NCBI GenBank assembly: GCA_964016885.1
Contig: OZ024743.1
Location: 331,886,001-331,950,000 of the forward strand
Reading direction: 5' to 3'
Source of the DNA: Eledone cirrhosa
Taxonomy: Eukaryota
Length of the DNA: 64,000 nt
Shown: positions 1 through 12,404 of the stretch, piece by piece
How the letters are laid out: each line of letters opens with the position of its first letter
Position numbering within the stretch: position 1 is the first letter of the stretch
Program-made: the position numbers and the translations under genes
Notes under the pieces: model-generated
Told to the model about the DNA's origin: nothing
The model's database searches: none
Seen by the model: the letters and a program-made list of their open reading frames with translations, nothing else

Positions 1-105
1 GGCGATGACACACGACCGTGACCTCTGGCGTCAAGCAGTAATACAGAGTACCTGACCTCCCATGGGTACAAGCTGAAGCATATAAACAATATGCCCCCAC
101 ACCCT

Positions 106-381
106 CCCACTGCAAAGTGGTCGTGGGGGGTGCCACGGCAAAAAAAGCACCCAGCCCACACTGTAACATGGACGTGTAGGCGACACGGAAAAAAGCACCC
201 AGCACTCACTGTAAATGAGGTTGGTGTTAGGAAGGGCATCCAGCTGTAGAAACCAAGCCACAATCAGTTCCTGTATAAGCAAGGCATGGGCAGCCGACCA
301 GACACTGCCCACAACAGGACAACCCATCTAACCCATGCTAGTATGGAAGAACGGACGTAAAACGGTGATGATGATGATGAT
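106..381 (+). mobile_element. 3' part of SINE/RTE-type tail ending in (GAT)n
   Basis: Contains ggttggtgttaggaagggcatccagc...aacccatgctag...ggacgtaaaacggtgatgatg, matching the SINE tail at 20223-20439 and the RTE 3' UTR at 7950-8111. Confidence 0.75.
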
Positions 382-419
382 ACATATCTATAAATACATT
401 TTTTTTTTTTTTTTTTTTT

Positions 420-1136
420 AACGTTTAACGTCCGTGTTCCACGCTTGCATGGGTTTGGACGGGGGTATTCCCACTTGAGGCAAGAGTGATTGTCTTGCTC
501 GCATAGGACTGTCTGGCAGGTTTTCTACAGTTGGATGCCCTTCTTAACACCAACCACATTTACAGTGTGGGTCTGGGAGGTTTTTACCGTGTTGCCTACA
601 CGGCCACATTACAGCGTGGACTGTGTGTTTTTTTTGTCGTGACACCTACACGATCAAACTTTGTTTCGGCCTGGATGGCGCGGCACCAACATAACTTTAC
701 ATAGAACGGGGTGGTGTGGATGGGGTGGGGGTGGTGGTGGTGGGACGGGGTGTATTTTGTTAGAGATGCCTACTGGCTGGAGTAGGTTTTACTATATATT
801 TAGGTAAGGCGGGTCTTCTCTGTTACTGAGTACCGCCAAAGGTCTCGGTCCAGTGACATTGTCTTGGAGAGGTGTAAGTGTGTGAGGTCGGAGTTTATCA
901 GCTCGTCCCAGGTTTTTCTAGGTCTGCCTATTCCGTGGCTACCGTCTATCTTTATTGCCCTGCACTTTGTTATACAGCTATCGACTTTCATGCGCATCAC
1001 GTGTCCATACCAACGTAGCCTTCTCTTGAGTAAACAACATCTGATCCCTCTTATCTCTAATTTTTTCCTTAGTTCGTTTATGCTTTGCCATTCACGTATA
1101 TTACTGTTACACATCCAGCGGAGCATGCAAGCTTCG
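420..1136 (-). mobile_element. 5'-truncated RTE-clade LINE (ORF C-terminus and 3' UTR)
   Basis: ORF 800-1141 has RRLRWYGHVMRM...GRPRKTW; nearly identical to 62635-63352. Confidence 0.9.
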
Positions 1137-1195
1137 AACATATATATACATATCTATAAATACATATATATACATATATATAAATACATATCTAT

Positions 1196-2229
1196 ATCAT
1201 CATCATCATCATCATTTTACGTCCGCTCTTCCCTGCTTGCCAGGGTGGGACGGGTCTTATTCAGCACAGCATCTCTCCACTTGTCACGGTGTTCGTCAAC
1301 TCCACCGTGAGCTTCAGCGATCTGAGGTCCGTTCTCACCACCTCCGCCCATGTTTTTCGTGGTCTACCTCTACCACGTTTTCCTTCAACTGGCATTTCCT
1401 GGCACTTCTTCACCCATCGATCATCCTCCATGCGCATCACATGTCCATACCACCTCAGTCTCCTCTCTCACACACTACATTCTATCCCTCTCAGACACAG
1501 TTTCTCTGTGTCGTTCACGCACATTGACACTGCACATCCAACGGAGCATGCTTGCCTTATTTCTCTCCAGCCGTCGCATATCCTCTGCAGTTGCTGCCCA
1601 TGTCTCACTATCATGCAGCATCGCGCTCCTCACACGGCCTTTAGTACGCAGGGAGAAACCCTTCTTCATCAGCAGAGGAAGCAGCTCCCTAAACTTCTTC
1701 CAACCCGTCCTTATTCTAGGTACTATGGCCTCGGAACCCCCCCCCCCTCCCATGCTAATCTGATCTCCTAGGTACCAGAAACTATCCACCACTTCTATAG
1801 CAACCGCCTGCATTTGAAAAATGTGTCTATCAATGCGACTTCTACTGTCTAATTTCCCTGTACATCTACTGCATATGTATTTCTCCCTACCTGTTAGTTT
1901 GCCTGATATCCCGCTACATCTCTTGTGTACCCAGGATCTGCATTGTGTGCATTTTATAGAATTTACGCCAGTTCCTTTTCTGCATATCGAACATGGCCAT
2001 TTCTCTGACGGAATCAGAGTTTTGTCCTCTTTTCTACTCATCAACACTTTTGTCTTAGCTAGGTTCACTCTCAGTCCTCTTGCTTCCAACTGCTGTTTCC
2101 ATAGCCAGAATTTATTCTCTAGCTCCTCTACTGATTCTGCTATAAGAACCAGATCATCAGCATAGAGAAGTTCCCATGGACAGGCAATCTTAAACTCCTC
2201 TGTTATGGCTTGGAGGACTATAATGAACA
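1196..2229 (-). mobile_element. 5'-truncated, internally deleted RTE LINE of an older subfamily
   Basis: ORF 1475-2245 has CPWELLYADDLVL, a C4HC3 finger and RIRTGWKKFREL; (GAT)n tail at 1196-1215 on the minus strand. Confidence 0.88.
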
Positions 2230-2624
2230 ATATATATACATACATATCTACATATACATATCTATATATTTAGAAACACACAGATACATGCGGACACACA
2301 TGCGGATGCATTCATGTATATATGTGGGTGTCCACATGTATCTGTGTGTTTCTAAATATATTAATAACTCCCTCTGGTCGAGCAATCTTTGAAGTGTGGG
2401 GACAACTGGAAGGCTTCCATTACTCATACTTCTCGCCTTCTTCACTACCTCTTCTACGGCCTCGATATGAATACCCCCTCCACCTCCGTGGTATTTTCTT
2501 CGTGGTTATAAGAGGCTTAGCTCTGTTTCTCGACCGTTATATCGCGTGACTATCTCCCCCTCCGCCTTTTGGGATTCTTTCTCACGTCGTGTAGACGCGT
2601 TCTTGAGACTAGTAAAATGAGGTA

Positions 2625-2712
2625 TCCTCTTGATAAGTCGGCAGACCTCGCAAAGACTCTATATCTTTGATATATTGTTTTTGTTTATGCCACGAAACTA
2701 CGTAGTCGAGGA
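2625..2712 (+). ncRNA. Type I hammerhead ribozyme motif, U3-A8 core variant (copy 1)
   Basis: Stem I TCCTC/GAGGA; core TTGATAA 2630-2636; stem II GT(C)GGCA/TGCCAC; GAAA 2694-2697; palindromic stem III ACTACGTAGT; GTC triplet with predicted cleavage after 2707. Confidence 0.8.
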
Positions 2713-3215
2713 ATTTAGGAACAGTTTAGGTATGATACATTTTATTACTAATTATATCTAAATGTTTCTTCTCTCTTCATAATGTATTTTTAACTCTGAT
2801 ACTGGTTCAGTCTAGTTCAAACTGAATTGGTCTGTCCCAGTCATTCATTGAGCAACATCGGTGAAGTTGGCACCCTTAACTCACAGTTGGGTGCGGATGC
2901 ATTCATGTATATATGTGTGTGTCCGCATGTATCTGTGTGTTTCTAAATATATTAATAACTCCCTCTGGTCGAGCAATCTTTGAAGTGTGGGGACAACTGG
3001 AAGGCTTCCATTACTCATACTTCTCGCCTTCTTCACTACCTCTTCTACGGCCTCGATATGAATACCCCCTCCGCCTCCGTGGTATTTTCTTCGTGGTTAT
3101 AAGAGGCTTAGCTCTGTTTCACGACCGTTATATCGCGTGACTATCTCCCCCTCCGCCTTTTGGGATTCTTTCTCACGTCGTGTAGACGCGTTCTTGAGAC
3201 TAGTAAAATGAGGTA

Positions 3216-3303
3216 TCCTCTTGATAAGTCGGCAGACCTCGCAAGGACTCTATATCTTTGATATATTGTTTTTGTTTATGCCACGAAACTACGTAGTCGA
3301 GGA
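3216..3303 (+). ncRNA. Type I hammerhead ribozyme motif, U3-A8 core variant (copy 2)
   Basis: Same layout as copy 1: TTGATAA 3221-3227, GAAA 3285-3288, predicted cleavage after 3298. Confidence 0.8.
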
Positions 3304-3374
3304 ATTTAGGAACAGTTTAGGTATGATACATTTTATTACTAATTATATCTAAATGTTTCTTCTCTCTTCATAAT

Positions 3375-3675
3375 ATACATATCTATATATACATATATAT
3401 ACATACATATCTATATATATATATATATACATACATATCTATATATACATATATATATATACATATCTATATATATACATATATATATATACATATCTAT
3501 ATATATATACATATCTATATATACATATATATACATATATATACATACATATACATATATACATACACATCTATATATACATACATATATATATATATAT
3601 ACACATATATATATACACACATATCTATATATATATACATATATATATACAAACACATATCTATATATATATAGA
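3375..3675. repeat. (TA)/(CATA) microsatellite
   Basis: Seen directly. Confidence 0.95.
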
Positions 3676-4253
3676 TATATGCTTGTCCAATTATGCCCAA
3701 AATTCGAGGATTTTATTTAAACCTTCTCTCTAACTACGTCTGATGTTTTATAAGATTCTCATTCGTTTTTCTAAAATAAACCGTCTCATTTGTTTAATTT
3801 TGGCCGAAAATTCTAGGATTTATAAAATGGCCTTCCTTGCCCCTCCTAATCTTTACCCCCCCCCCCCCCCCCTTTATATCGTATACGCGCCTGCTGGCTC
3901 CCTCTCTCTCTCAATCACTTCTCTCACCAAATATAAAATAAACCTGTTACGAGGTACGAATCTCAAAATTTGTTAACTCTTATTAATGGTCAGACTGCTC
4001 ACTCTCCTGTGAAATGTAATGTAAAATGCCATTTTTTTCTTGTCTCTCCATCTTCCCGGTCCATTCATATATCCGTATCATCGCCCAGAATCCAATCTTT
4101 GCTCTCTCTCTCAATGCTATTCTATAATTCTGTCTGGTTGTTCTAAATAATCTTCTTGTATTTTAAAATCCCATTATTTGCTTATTACTGTTATATGCTT
4201 GTCCAATTATGCCCAAAATTCGACGATTTTATTTAAACCGTCTCGCTAACTAC
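3676..4253. repeat. Unclassified element bounded by ~62-bp direct repeats
   Basis: tatatgcttgtccaattatgcccaaaattcga...taactac at 3676-3737 and 4192-4253 (offset 516). Confidence 0.55.
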
Positions 4254-4289
4254 CCCATACCCCTCCCACCCGCCCCCACTCTCCACCAT

Positions 4290-7200
4290 TATTATTAGGA
4301 CCAATCATAAATCAGCAGCCTATGATATCACTTCTTCTGGTTGTCTTTCGATATGATGGATGGACAATGGAATTCTGGAGAGTCTGAAAAATCTGGACAG
4401 TCAGTGACAATGCCAAAGATAAAGACAAATTCACCTCATGCTGCCGGACGAAAAGGCAAGGACTCCTCCTCTTTATTTCGGCCACGGATGGCCAACATAA
4501 TCCCAACCCCCTCACCCCTCCCTGCGCCCCACCGTTCCCACCCACCAAACGCAACCCAAAACTTCAGAGTTGGTACCATGAATTAAAAGGTCGCTCTAAC
4601 GAGGTTGTAGAAATGCTTGAGCGTAAGGAAGTTGATGTTTGCTGTATCCAAGAGACCAGGTGGAGTGGTGGGTCTGCTAGATTCATTGTGGGTAAAAAAC
4701 GATGCTATAAGCTTTTCTGGGTGGGAAATGACAATGGGCTGGGTGAGGTAGGAATCATGTTAGCAGAAAAATGGGTAGATAAGATAATAGACGTAAATAG
4801 AGTGAATGACAGAATAATAAGACTTGTCCTAAATAGAACTACTGTGACAGTAATATCTGCATACGCACCCCAATCTGGACTGCCTGGCGTTATAAAAGAC
4901 AGATTCTATGAGACATTGATGCTCACTACCTCCCAAATAACCGAAAGTGACTACATAATTATTGCTGGCGACCTAAATGGTCACGTTGGACAACATTGTG
5001 ACGGCTATGATGGAATCCACGGAGGCTATGGGTTTGGTACTAGAAATGTGGAAAGCTCCAGAATCCTGGAATTCTGTGATGCAAATAACCTAACTATCTG
5101 TAACACTAACTTCAAAAAACGAGACAATCACTTGATCACCTATAGATCAGGTGAACACGCCAGTCAGATAGACTATATCCTTACCAGAAGACGTGATAGA
5201 GTGTCTGTTGTAAACACTAAATGCCAGATTTGTACCAGAGTCCCAGAAGTAGTTTTGTATCAAAAGGGTCCGAATTTTTTATTTTTTAAAATATAATTTT
5301 AATTATTTTCATATTTTTTATATTATCATTTTTTTCCCACTATATTTCCAGGGCAAAGTAGTCGACATTGAAAAAATGTCTGTTCTTGAGTTGAATTCAA
5401 AAGTTCTCGCCCAACCTCATAGTCAGGACAAGACGTACTCGACAACAGAGGAGGACTATCCTCAGGAGAAAAATATGGAAGCTAAAGGACCCCACAGCCA
5501 GTAATAAATTTAAAAGCATATTACTTGATGCTTTTGACAGTAAGGAAGAGCAATTAGAGTCATACAATATAGAGGAAGAGTTGGAATTCCTGAAAGCTAA
5601 CCTGCCGAAGGCGACAGATGAAGTCTGTGGCTGGAGCAGACCTATAGCCAGGAGGAGAGTAATGTGGTGGTGGAACAGTCAGGTGTAGGGGTCAATTAAG
5701 GCCAAAAAGCAGGCTTGGAAAGTATGGCAGGATGGGGGAAGTAGAGAAGACTATCAAGTGGCCAGGAGGGAAGCTAGGAGACAAGTGTACTTTGGAAGAA
5801 GGGGAGCAGAGGAAAGCAAGTTCAAGCATGTTCTACAACGCGAGGACCAAAAACGTGAGGTGTTCAGGATTGCTAGGCAATGTGTCAAGGAAAACCGTGA
5901 TATTCTCGGGGAGAAATGTGTCCTTAATAATGATGGTGTACTTGCCATCACTGACACTGATAAGAAGGTAGCTTGGAAGTGCCACTACGAAAGGCTACTA
6001 ATGAGGAGAATAAATGGGAGAAAGACAGTCTCCACCACATCGATCCAATAGAGGGACCAACAGTGCTAGTTGAAGGTAGTATAATAAGTAAGGCAATCAA
6101 AGATATGAAGACGGGTAAGGCGGCTGGGCATTCGGAAATAGTTTCTGAAATGCTCAAAGCATCTGGAACGGTGGGAAACACTATTGTCACCCAGATAATA
6201 AACCAAGTCATACAGAGTGGGGTCCTTCCGAAGGACTGGCGTAGCAGCATCATCATTAACTGCTACAAGGATGAAGGAGATGCCCTAGATAGGGGTAACT
6301 ATAGAGGCATTAAATTAATCGACTAGGTCATGAAGGCCACAGAAAAAGTAATAGCGCAACTAATCAGAGAGCGAATTGATCTAGATGAAATGCAGTTCGG
6401 GTTTGAGTCAGGTAAAAGTACCACAGATGCTCTTTTCATTGTACGACAACTACAGGAGAAGTACCTAGCTAAAAGTAAACCCTTATACTTAGCTTTTGTT
6501 GACTTGGAGAAAGCCTTTGACAGAGTCCCCTGCTCCATTATCTGGTGGGCTCTTAGAAAACTAGGTGTTGATGAATGGCTTGTGAGAGCTATACAAGCCA
6601 TGTATAAAGAAACAGTCAGCAAGGTTAGAATTAACAACGAATATAGTGAAGAGTTTAGCGTAAAAGTTGGTGTTCATCAGAGCTCTGTTCTTAACCCCCT
6701 ACTATTTATTATTACCCTTCAGGCTATAACAGAGGAGTTCAAGACTGGCTGCCCATGGGAACTCCTATACACAGATGATCTAAAGCTCATAGCTGAATCA
6801 ATGGCTGAACTAGAGAAGAAATTCCAAACATGGAAGCATGGCCTAGAATCAAAAGGCCTTAAAATTAACCTGTCTAAGACTAAAGTTCTACTTTGTAGGA
6901 AGGAAAATAGGGCACCAGTCCCATCTGGGAAATGGCCATGTTCAGTGTGTAGGAAAGGAGTAGGCAGAAACTCCATTTTATGTCCCAAATGCAAAGTATG
7001 GGTGCATAAAAGATGTAGTGGGATCACAGGTAAGCTAACTAAGAATATAGATTTTCTATGTGGCCAGTGCTCTGGTGCAATAAGTAGCAGCAAGTGCCCA
7101 CAGAATACTAGCTCATTCCATTGCACAGATGGTTCTATAGAAATAGTGGACACCTTCCGTTACCTGGATGACAAAATCAGCAGTGGTGGAGGGTGCTCTG

Positions 7201-8111
7201 AAAGTACAGTAGGTAGAGTCAGAACGGGATGGAAAAAGTTCAGAGAGCTTATACCACTATTGGCCGCTAAAGGGTTCGCTCTAAAAATGAAAGGCAGGCT
7301 GTATGATGCTTGCATACGAACAGCAATGTTACATGGCAGTAAGACTTGGGCATTGTGTGCAGAGGATATACGCAGACTGGAGAGGAACGAGGCTTGCATG
7401 CTCCGCTGGATGTGTAATAGTAATATACGTGAACGGCAAAGCATAAACGAACTAAGGGAGAAATTAGGAATAAGAGGGATCAGATGTTGTTTACTCGAGA
7501 GAAGACTACGTTGGTACGGTTACGTGATGCGCATGAAAGACGACAGCTGTATAAAAAAGTGCAGGGCGATAAAAATAGACAGTAGCCACCGAGTAGGCAG
7601 ACCCAGAAAAACCTGGGACGACATGATAAATTCCGACCTCACACACTTACACCTCTCCAAGGCAATGTCACTGGACCGAGATCTTTGGCGCTACACAGTA
7701 ATATAGAAGACCCGCCTTACCTAAGTACAAAGCGAAACCTACAGTCAGTAGGCACCTCTAACAAAAACACACCCCCGTCCCACTACCCCCACCCCATCTA
7801 CATCACCCCTTTCAATGTAAAGTTAGGTTGGTACCACAACATCCAGTTCGAAACAAATGAAGTCGTGTAGGTGTCACAACAAAATAACACACAGTCCACA
7901 CTGCAATGTGGCCGTGTAGGTAACACGGTAAAACCTCCCATTTCCACACTGTAAACGTGGTTGGTGTTAGGAAGGGCATCCAGCCGTAGAAAACCCGCCA
8001 GACAGTCCTATACGAGCAAGACAACCAATCTTGCCTCAAGTGGGAAAATTCCCGTCCAAACCCATGCAAGCGTGGAAGATGGACGTTAAACGATGATGAT
8101 GATGATGATGA
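4290..8111 (+). mobile_element. Near full-length, defective RTE-clade LINE (APE endonuclease, RT, PHD-like finger, (GAT)n tail)
   Basis: APE motifs (FRVGTMN, CCIQETRW, ISAYAPQ, AGDLNGHVG, SQIDYIL) in 4341-5220; RT motifs (QFGF, FVDLEKAFD, LYTDDL) in 6330-7706; tail at 8092-8111; 5' boundary approximate. Confidence 0.93.
4560..7723 (+). pseudogene. Disrupted RTE endonuclease-reverse transcriptase polyprotein
   Basis: Split over ORFs 4613-5296, 5758-6051, 5973-6326 and 6330-7706 by stops, frameshifts and an AT-rich interruption near 5222-5345. Confidence 0.88.
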
Positions 8112-8390
8112 TATATACATATATATACATACACATCTATGTATACATATATATATATACATATATATATATTTAAAAATAAAAATAAAATTTCGCTCTA
8201 CATGGCTGAATACAATAAATGTAATCTGTTCACATGCCAACACAAGAGCAAGAATGAAGGGTTCATTCTCCTGACAAGGCTATAACATTGAGGCTTGTTT
8301 GCATAATTGCAAACGAATCGAATGTTATTAATATTCGAAAAACTCAGATTATATATATATATTTACATATCTATATATATACATATATAT

Positions 8391-8439
<49 letters not shown>

Positions 8440-8532
8440 TATATATATATACACACACACACACACATATATGCTAGCGTGGAAGATGGACGTTAAATGA
8501 TGAAGATGATGATGATGATGATGATGATGACA

Positions 8533-8567
<35 letters not shown>

Positions 8568-8569
<2 letters not shown>

Positions 8570-9154
8570 GGTGGCTGCCAACTCGTTTTCGAGTATGGCC
8601 ACTACTTTATATCCATGTAGGAGAACCCCTACCGAACCCCTACGAGTGTGACTTTTTAGTCCAGCCATTGACTTGAAAACTCTGGTACAAACACTACGCT
8701 TGTGACAATTATTGACACATAGTGCTGGGCCCATGGTACCATGTGACGACAAGTAAAGAGAGATCTCCAGATATAAAGCAATGCCTGTGCCGTGAAGCTT
8801 TTATAGTGAGCAAAGGCACTGCACAAAGCCAGTCCCACTCTCTTAACCAAGATGATATTTACCAAAAAGAAGAACAAGTCAACATCATTGGATACCATCA
8901 GAGTTTTCCTTCTCCTAGAATTCTGCCTTGACAAAGGCTAAGGAGTCATCTCTCCCGGTGATTTTGGATGGCCATTGACTCTTAAGAGCTCCTTTGCCCT
9001 TTGACAAGGTTTTGTTTTTAGTCCTGCAGGATGTTCAAAGTCACCCTCCTTACCAAGAAACCTTGGTGGGGTTGCCAGTTTAGTCGCCAACGACCCGACC
9101 ATGGGACAGGTTGTACTGGAATACATGTTACCAGTAGCACCAAATGGTGACCTG
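8568..9154 (-). mobile_element. Non-autonomous, probably RTE-derived ~590-bp element (left copy)
   Basis: Reverse complement of 9468-10082; 3' end encodes a residual CxxC-RVFKSMAGLKSH zinc-finger-like peptide. Confidence 0.65.
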
Positions 9155-9166
9155 TATCTATATGTG

Positions 9167-9211
<45 letters not shown>

Positions 9212-9324
9212 ATATATATATATATATGTGTATATGTGTGTATATATATATATGTATGTGTATATAAATGTATATGTGTATATATATGTATATATATATA
9301 TTTATGTGTGTGTATATATATGTT

Positions 9325-9357
<33 letters not shown>

Positions 9358-9467
9358 ATATATAAGTATATATATATTTATATGTGTGTGTATATATATG
9401 TATATATATATATGTGTGTGTATATATATGTGTATATATATATGTGTGTATATATATATGTATATGT

Positions 9468-10082
9468 CAGGTCACCAGTTGGTGCTACTAGTATCCCAGT
9501 ACAAGTATCCCAGTACAACCTGTCTCATGGTCGGGTCGTTGGCGACTAAACTGGCAACCCCACCAAGGTTTCTTGGTGAGGAAGGTGACTTTGGACATCC
9601 TGCAGGACTAAAAACAAAACCTGTCAAAGGGCAAAGGAGCTCTTAAGAGTCAATGGCCATCCAAAATCACCGGGAGAAATGACCCCTTAGCCTTTGTCAA
9701 GGCAGAATTCTAGGGGAAGGAAAACTCTGATATAACACCTGCAACCCTGATGGTATCCAATGATGTTGACTTGTTCTTCTTTTTGGTAAATATCATCTTG
9801 GTTAAGAGAGTGGGACTGGCTTTGTGCAGTGCCTTTGTTCACTATAAAATCTTCACGGCACAGGCATTGCTTTATATCTGGAGATCTCTCTTTACTTGTC
9901 GTCACATGGTACCATGGGCCCAGCACAAGGTGTCAATAATTGTCACAAGTGTAGTGTTTGTACCAGAGTTTTCAAGTCACTGGCTGGACTAAAAAGTCAC
10001 ACTCGTTCAGCCCATTAATAGGGGTTCTCCTACATGGATATAAAGTAGTGGCCGTACTCGAAAACGAGTTGGCAGCCGCCAT
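9468..10082 (+). mobile_element. Non-autonomous, probably RTE-derived ~610-bp element (right copy)
   Basis: Inverted partner of 8568-9154 with small indels; RTE-5'UTR-like gaaggaaaactctgat motif. Confidence 0.65.
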
Positions 10083-10117
10083 ATATATATGTGTGTATAT
10101 ATATGTATATATGTGTG

Positions 10118-10168
<51 letters not shown>

Positions 10169-10723
10169 GTGTGTATATATATACATACACATATACATAC
10201 ACACATATATATATATATATACACATATACATATATATATATACATATATATATATATACACATATATATACACATATATACATATATATACACATATAT
10301 ATATATATATATACACATATATATACATATATATACACACATATATATATATATATACATACATATATATATACACACATATATATATATATATATATAT
10401 ACATACATATATATACACATATACATATATATACACATATACATACACACATATATATATATATATACACATATACATACACACATATATATATATATAC
10501 ACATATACATATATATATATACATATATATATATATACACATACATATATATATATACACACACATATATATATATACACACACATATACACATACATAT
10601 ATATATATATATATACACACACATATACACATACATATATATATACACATATATATACACATATATATATATATACATATATATACACACATATATATAT
10701 ATATACTACATATATATACATAC

Positions 10724-10756
<33 letters not shown>

Positions 10757-10851
10757 CATATATATACACATATATATACACATATATATATACACATATA
10801 TATATATACATATATATATATACATATATATATATACATATATATATATAC

Positions 10852-10900
<49 letters not shown>

Positions 10901-10973
10901 CATATATATATATACATATATATACACATACATATATATATACATATATATACACATACATATATATATATAC

Positions 10974-11020
<47 letters not shown>

Positions 11021-11177
11021 TATATACACATATATATACACATATATATATACATATATATACATATATATACACATATATATATATATACATATATATA
11101 TATACATATATATACACATATATATATACATATATATACACATATATATATATACACACATATATATATATATATAT
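10083..11177. repeat. ~1.1-kb (TA)n/(CA) compound microsatellite
   Basis: Seen directly. Confidence 0.97.
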
Positions 11178-12404
11178 TAAAGTAAAAAGAAATTCAAACA
11201 AACTTACGCGAAAGCTGATATACTTATTCACGTGACTACATCAACCAACCAAACTTCACTCATATATGAAAAAACAACCTGCTATATTTACTGAACCAGA
11301 ACAATTCTCCCATCACATTTCTCTTGACCATTATCTTTTTTTTGTCATAAAATTCTCTAAAAGGCTACAAAATAAACTCCCAAATACGGGTGCGAAATTT
11401 AATGAACTTGTTCATGTGACAGCCATAATTTCATTTATAACCAATCAAATTACATTTGGAAAAAAATAAAAAACCTTTGTGAGCCCCCTTTTTTTAAGTA
11501 AAAAGACATTCAAACACTCATACATGAAAAAGCAATCAAAGCCCCCCCCCCCCCCCTCTGTTTGAGTTTGAAGAACTTTGTAACGCGAACTGGCGCAAAA
11601 TTTATTATAATTATTGACCAACCAATCAAATTACTTCTCTAAAAACCTGGCGTTTCGAGCCACTTTTTTCCATATAAAACAAGTAACATTCAAAGACCAA
11701 CCAGATGTGAGAAAAACCACAGACCCTCCATCTCAACTCTACTTTTGAAAAGCAGAAGAACTGCGAAACCGGTAAAGGAACCAAAATATATATTTTTTTT
11801 AAAATAAGACTCCAGTTGCATTTTCGATTTCATCTTTTTTTCTTTATACTTTCACTCATGTAGGACACCTCGGTTATTTTTCATTTTGTAAAAAAAAACT
11901 CACTTTCTAATATATATACACACATATATATATACACATATATATATATACACATATATATATACATATACACATATATAAACACACACACACATATATA
12001 TATACACACACATATATACTCACACACACACATATACGATGTCAGAAAGGCAAAGGTGTGAGCCACAGGGATTTATTTGCTACGTGAGTTTTCCGAGATA
12101 TGTTATGGACCTTTCACAGCATTTACATGAATGTGCCATTAATCAATTTAGTCAGTGTCCATGACTCACCTATGTAGAGGAGAATGGACTCAACCATTAC
12201 TTTGAATAGCCTCATTTCTGTAGTTTTCTTGATTGGAAATCTTAAATATTTACCACAAATACTTAAAATTAATGTTAATTGTTTTAAAAGAGGGAATCTA
12301 TTTACAAGTTAAAGAATTACCTAAACAAACTGAACCTCAAGAAAGAGATGACACAAGGCAGTTGACAGGGAATATGTCTAAAAAGAAAAGTCCAAAGTCT
12401 GTCT

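Larger units (their letters stand above)
2301..3374 (+). mobile_element. 591-bp partial tandem non-coding element with a hammerhead ribozyme in each unit (retrozyme / Penelope-like pseudo-LTR)
   Basis: 2301-2783 is almost identical to 2892-3374 (offset 591); a short inverted copy of the unit start lies at about 2265-2300; flanked by TA-rich microsatellite. Confidence 0.75.

Noticed and set aside
1-1136. Segmental duplication with the window end (SINE plus followed by RTE minus at both ends)
   Set aside because: The SINE tails, spacers and RTE truncation points differ, so these are independent insertions
864-2165. Plus-strand ORFs overlapping the RTE fragments, and similar antisense ORFs in the other LINEs
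   Set aside because: Shadow frames of retrotransposon coding sequence
2322-3140. Duplicated 75-aa ORF in the hammerhead element
   Set aside because: No recognisable motif; it is duplicated only because the DNA is duplicated
9468-9720. Possible HDV-like or twister ribozyme in the RTE-like 5' region (ggtcacc/ggtgact could form a 7-bp helix)
   Set aside because: I could not place P3/L3, P1.1 or J4/2, nor a twister consensus; a covariance-model search is needed
9958-11235. Long Y/I/H/T/C/V-rich ORFs here and at 34468-35914, 58391-59068 and 61863-62635
   Set aside because: Translations of dinucleotide microsatellites that lack stop codons
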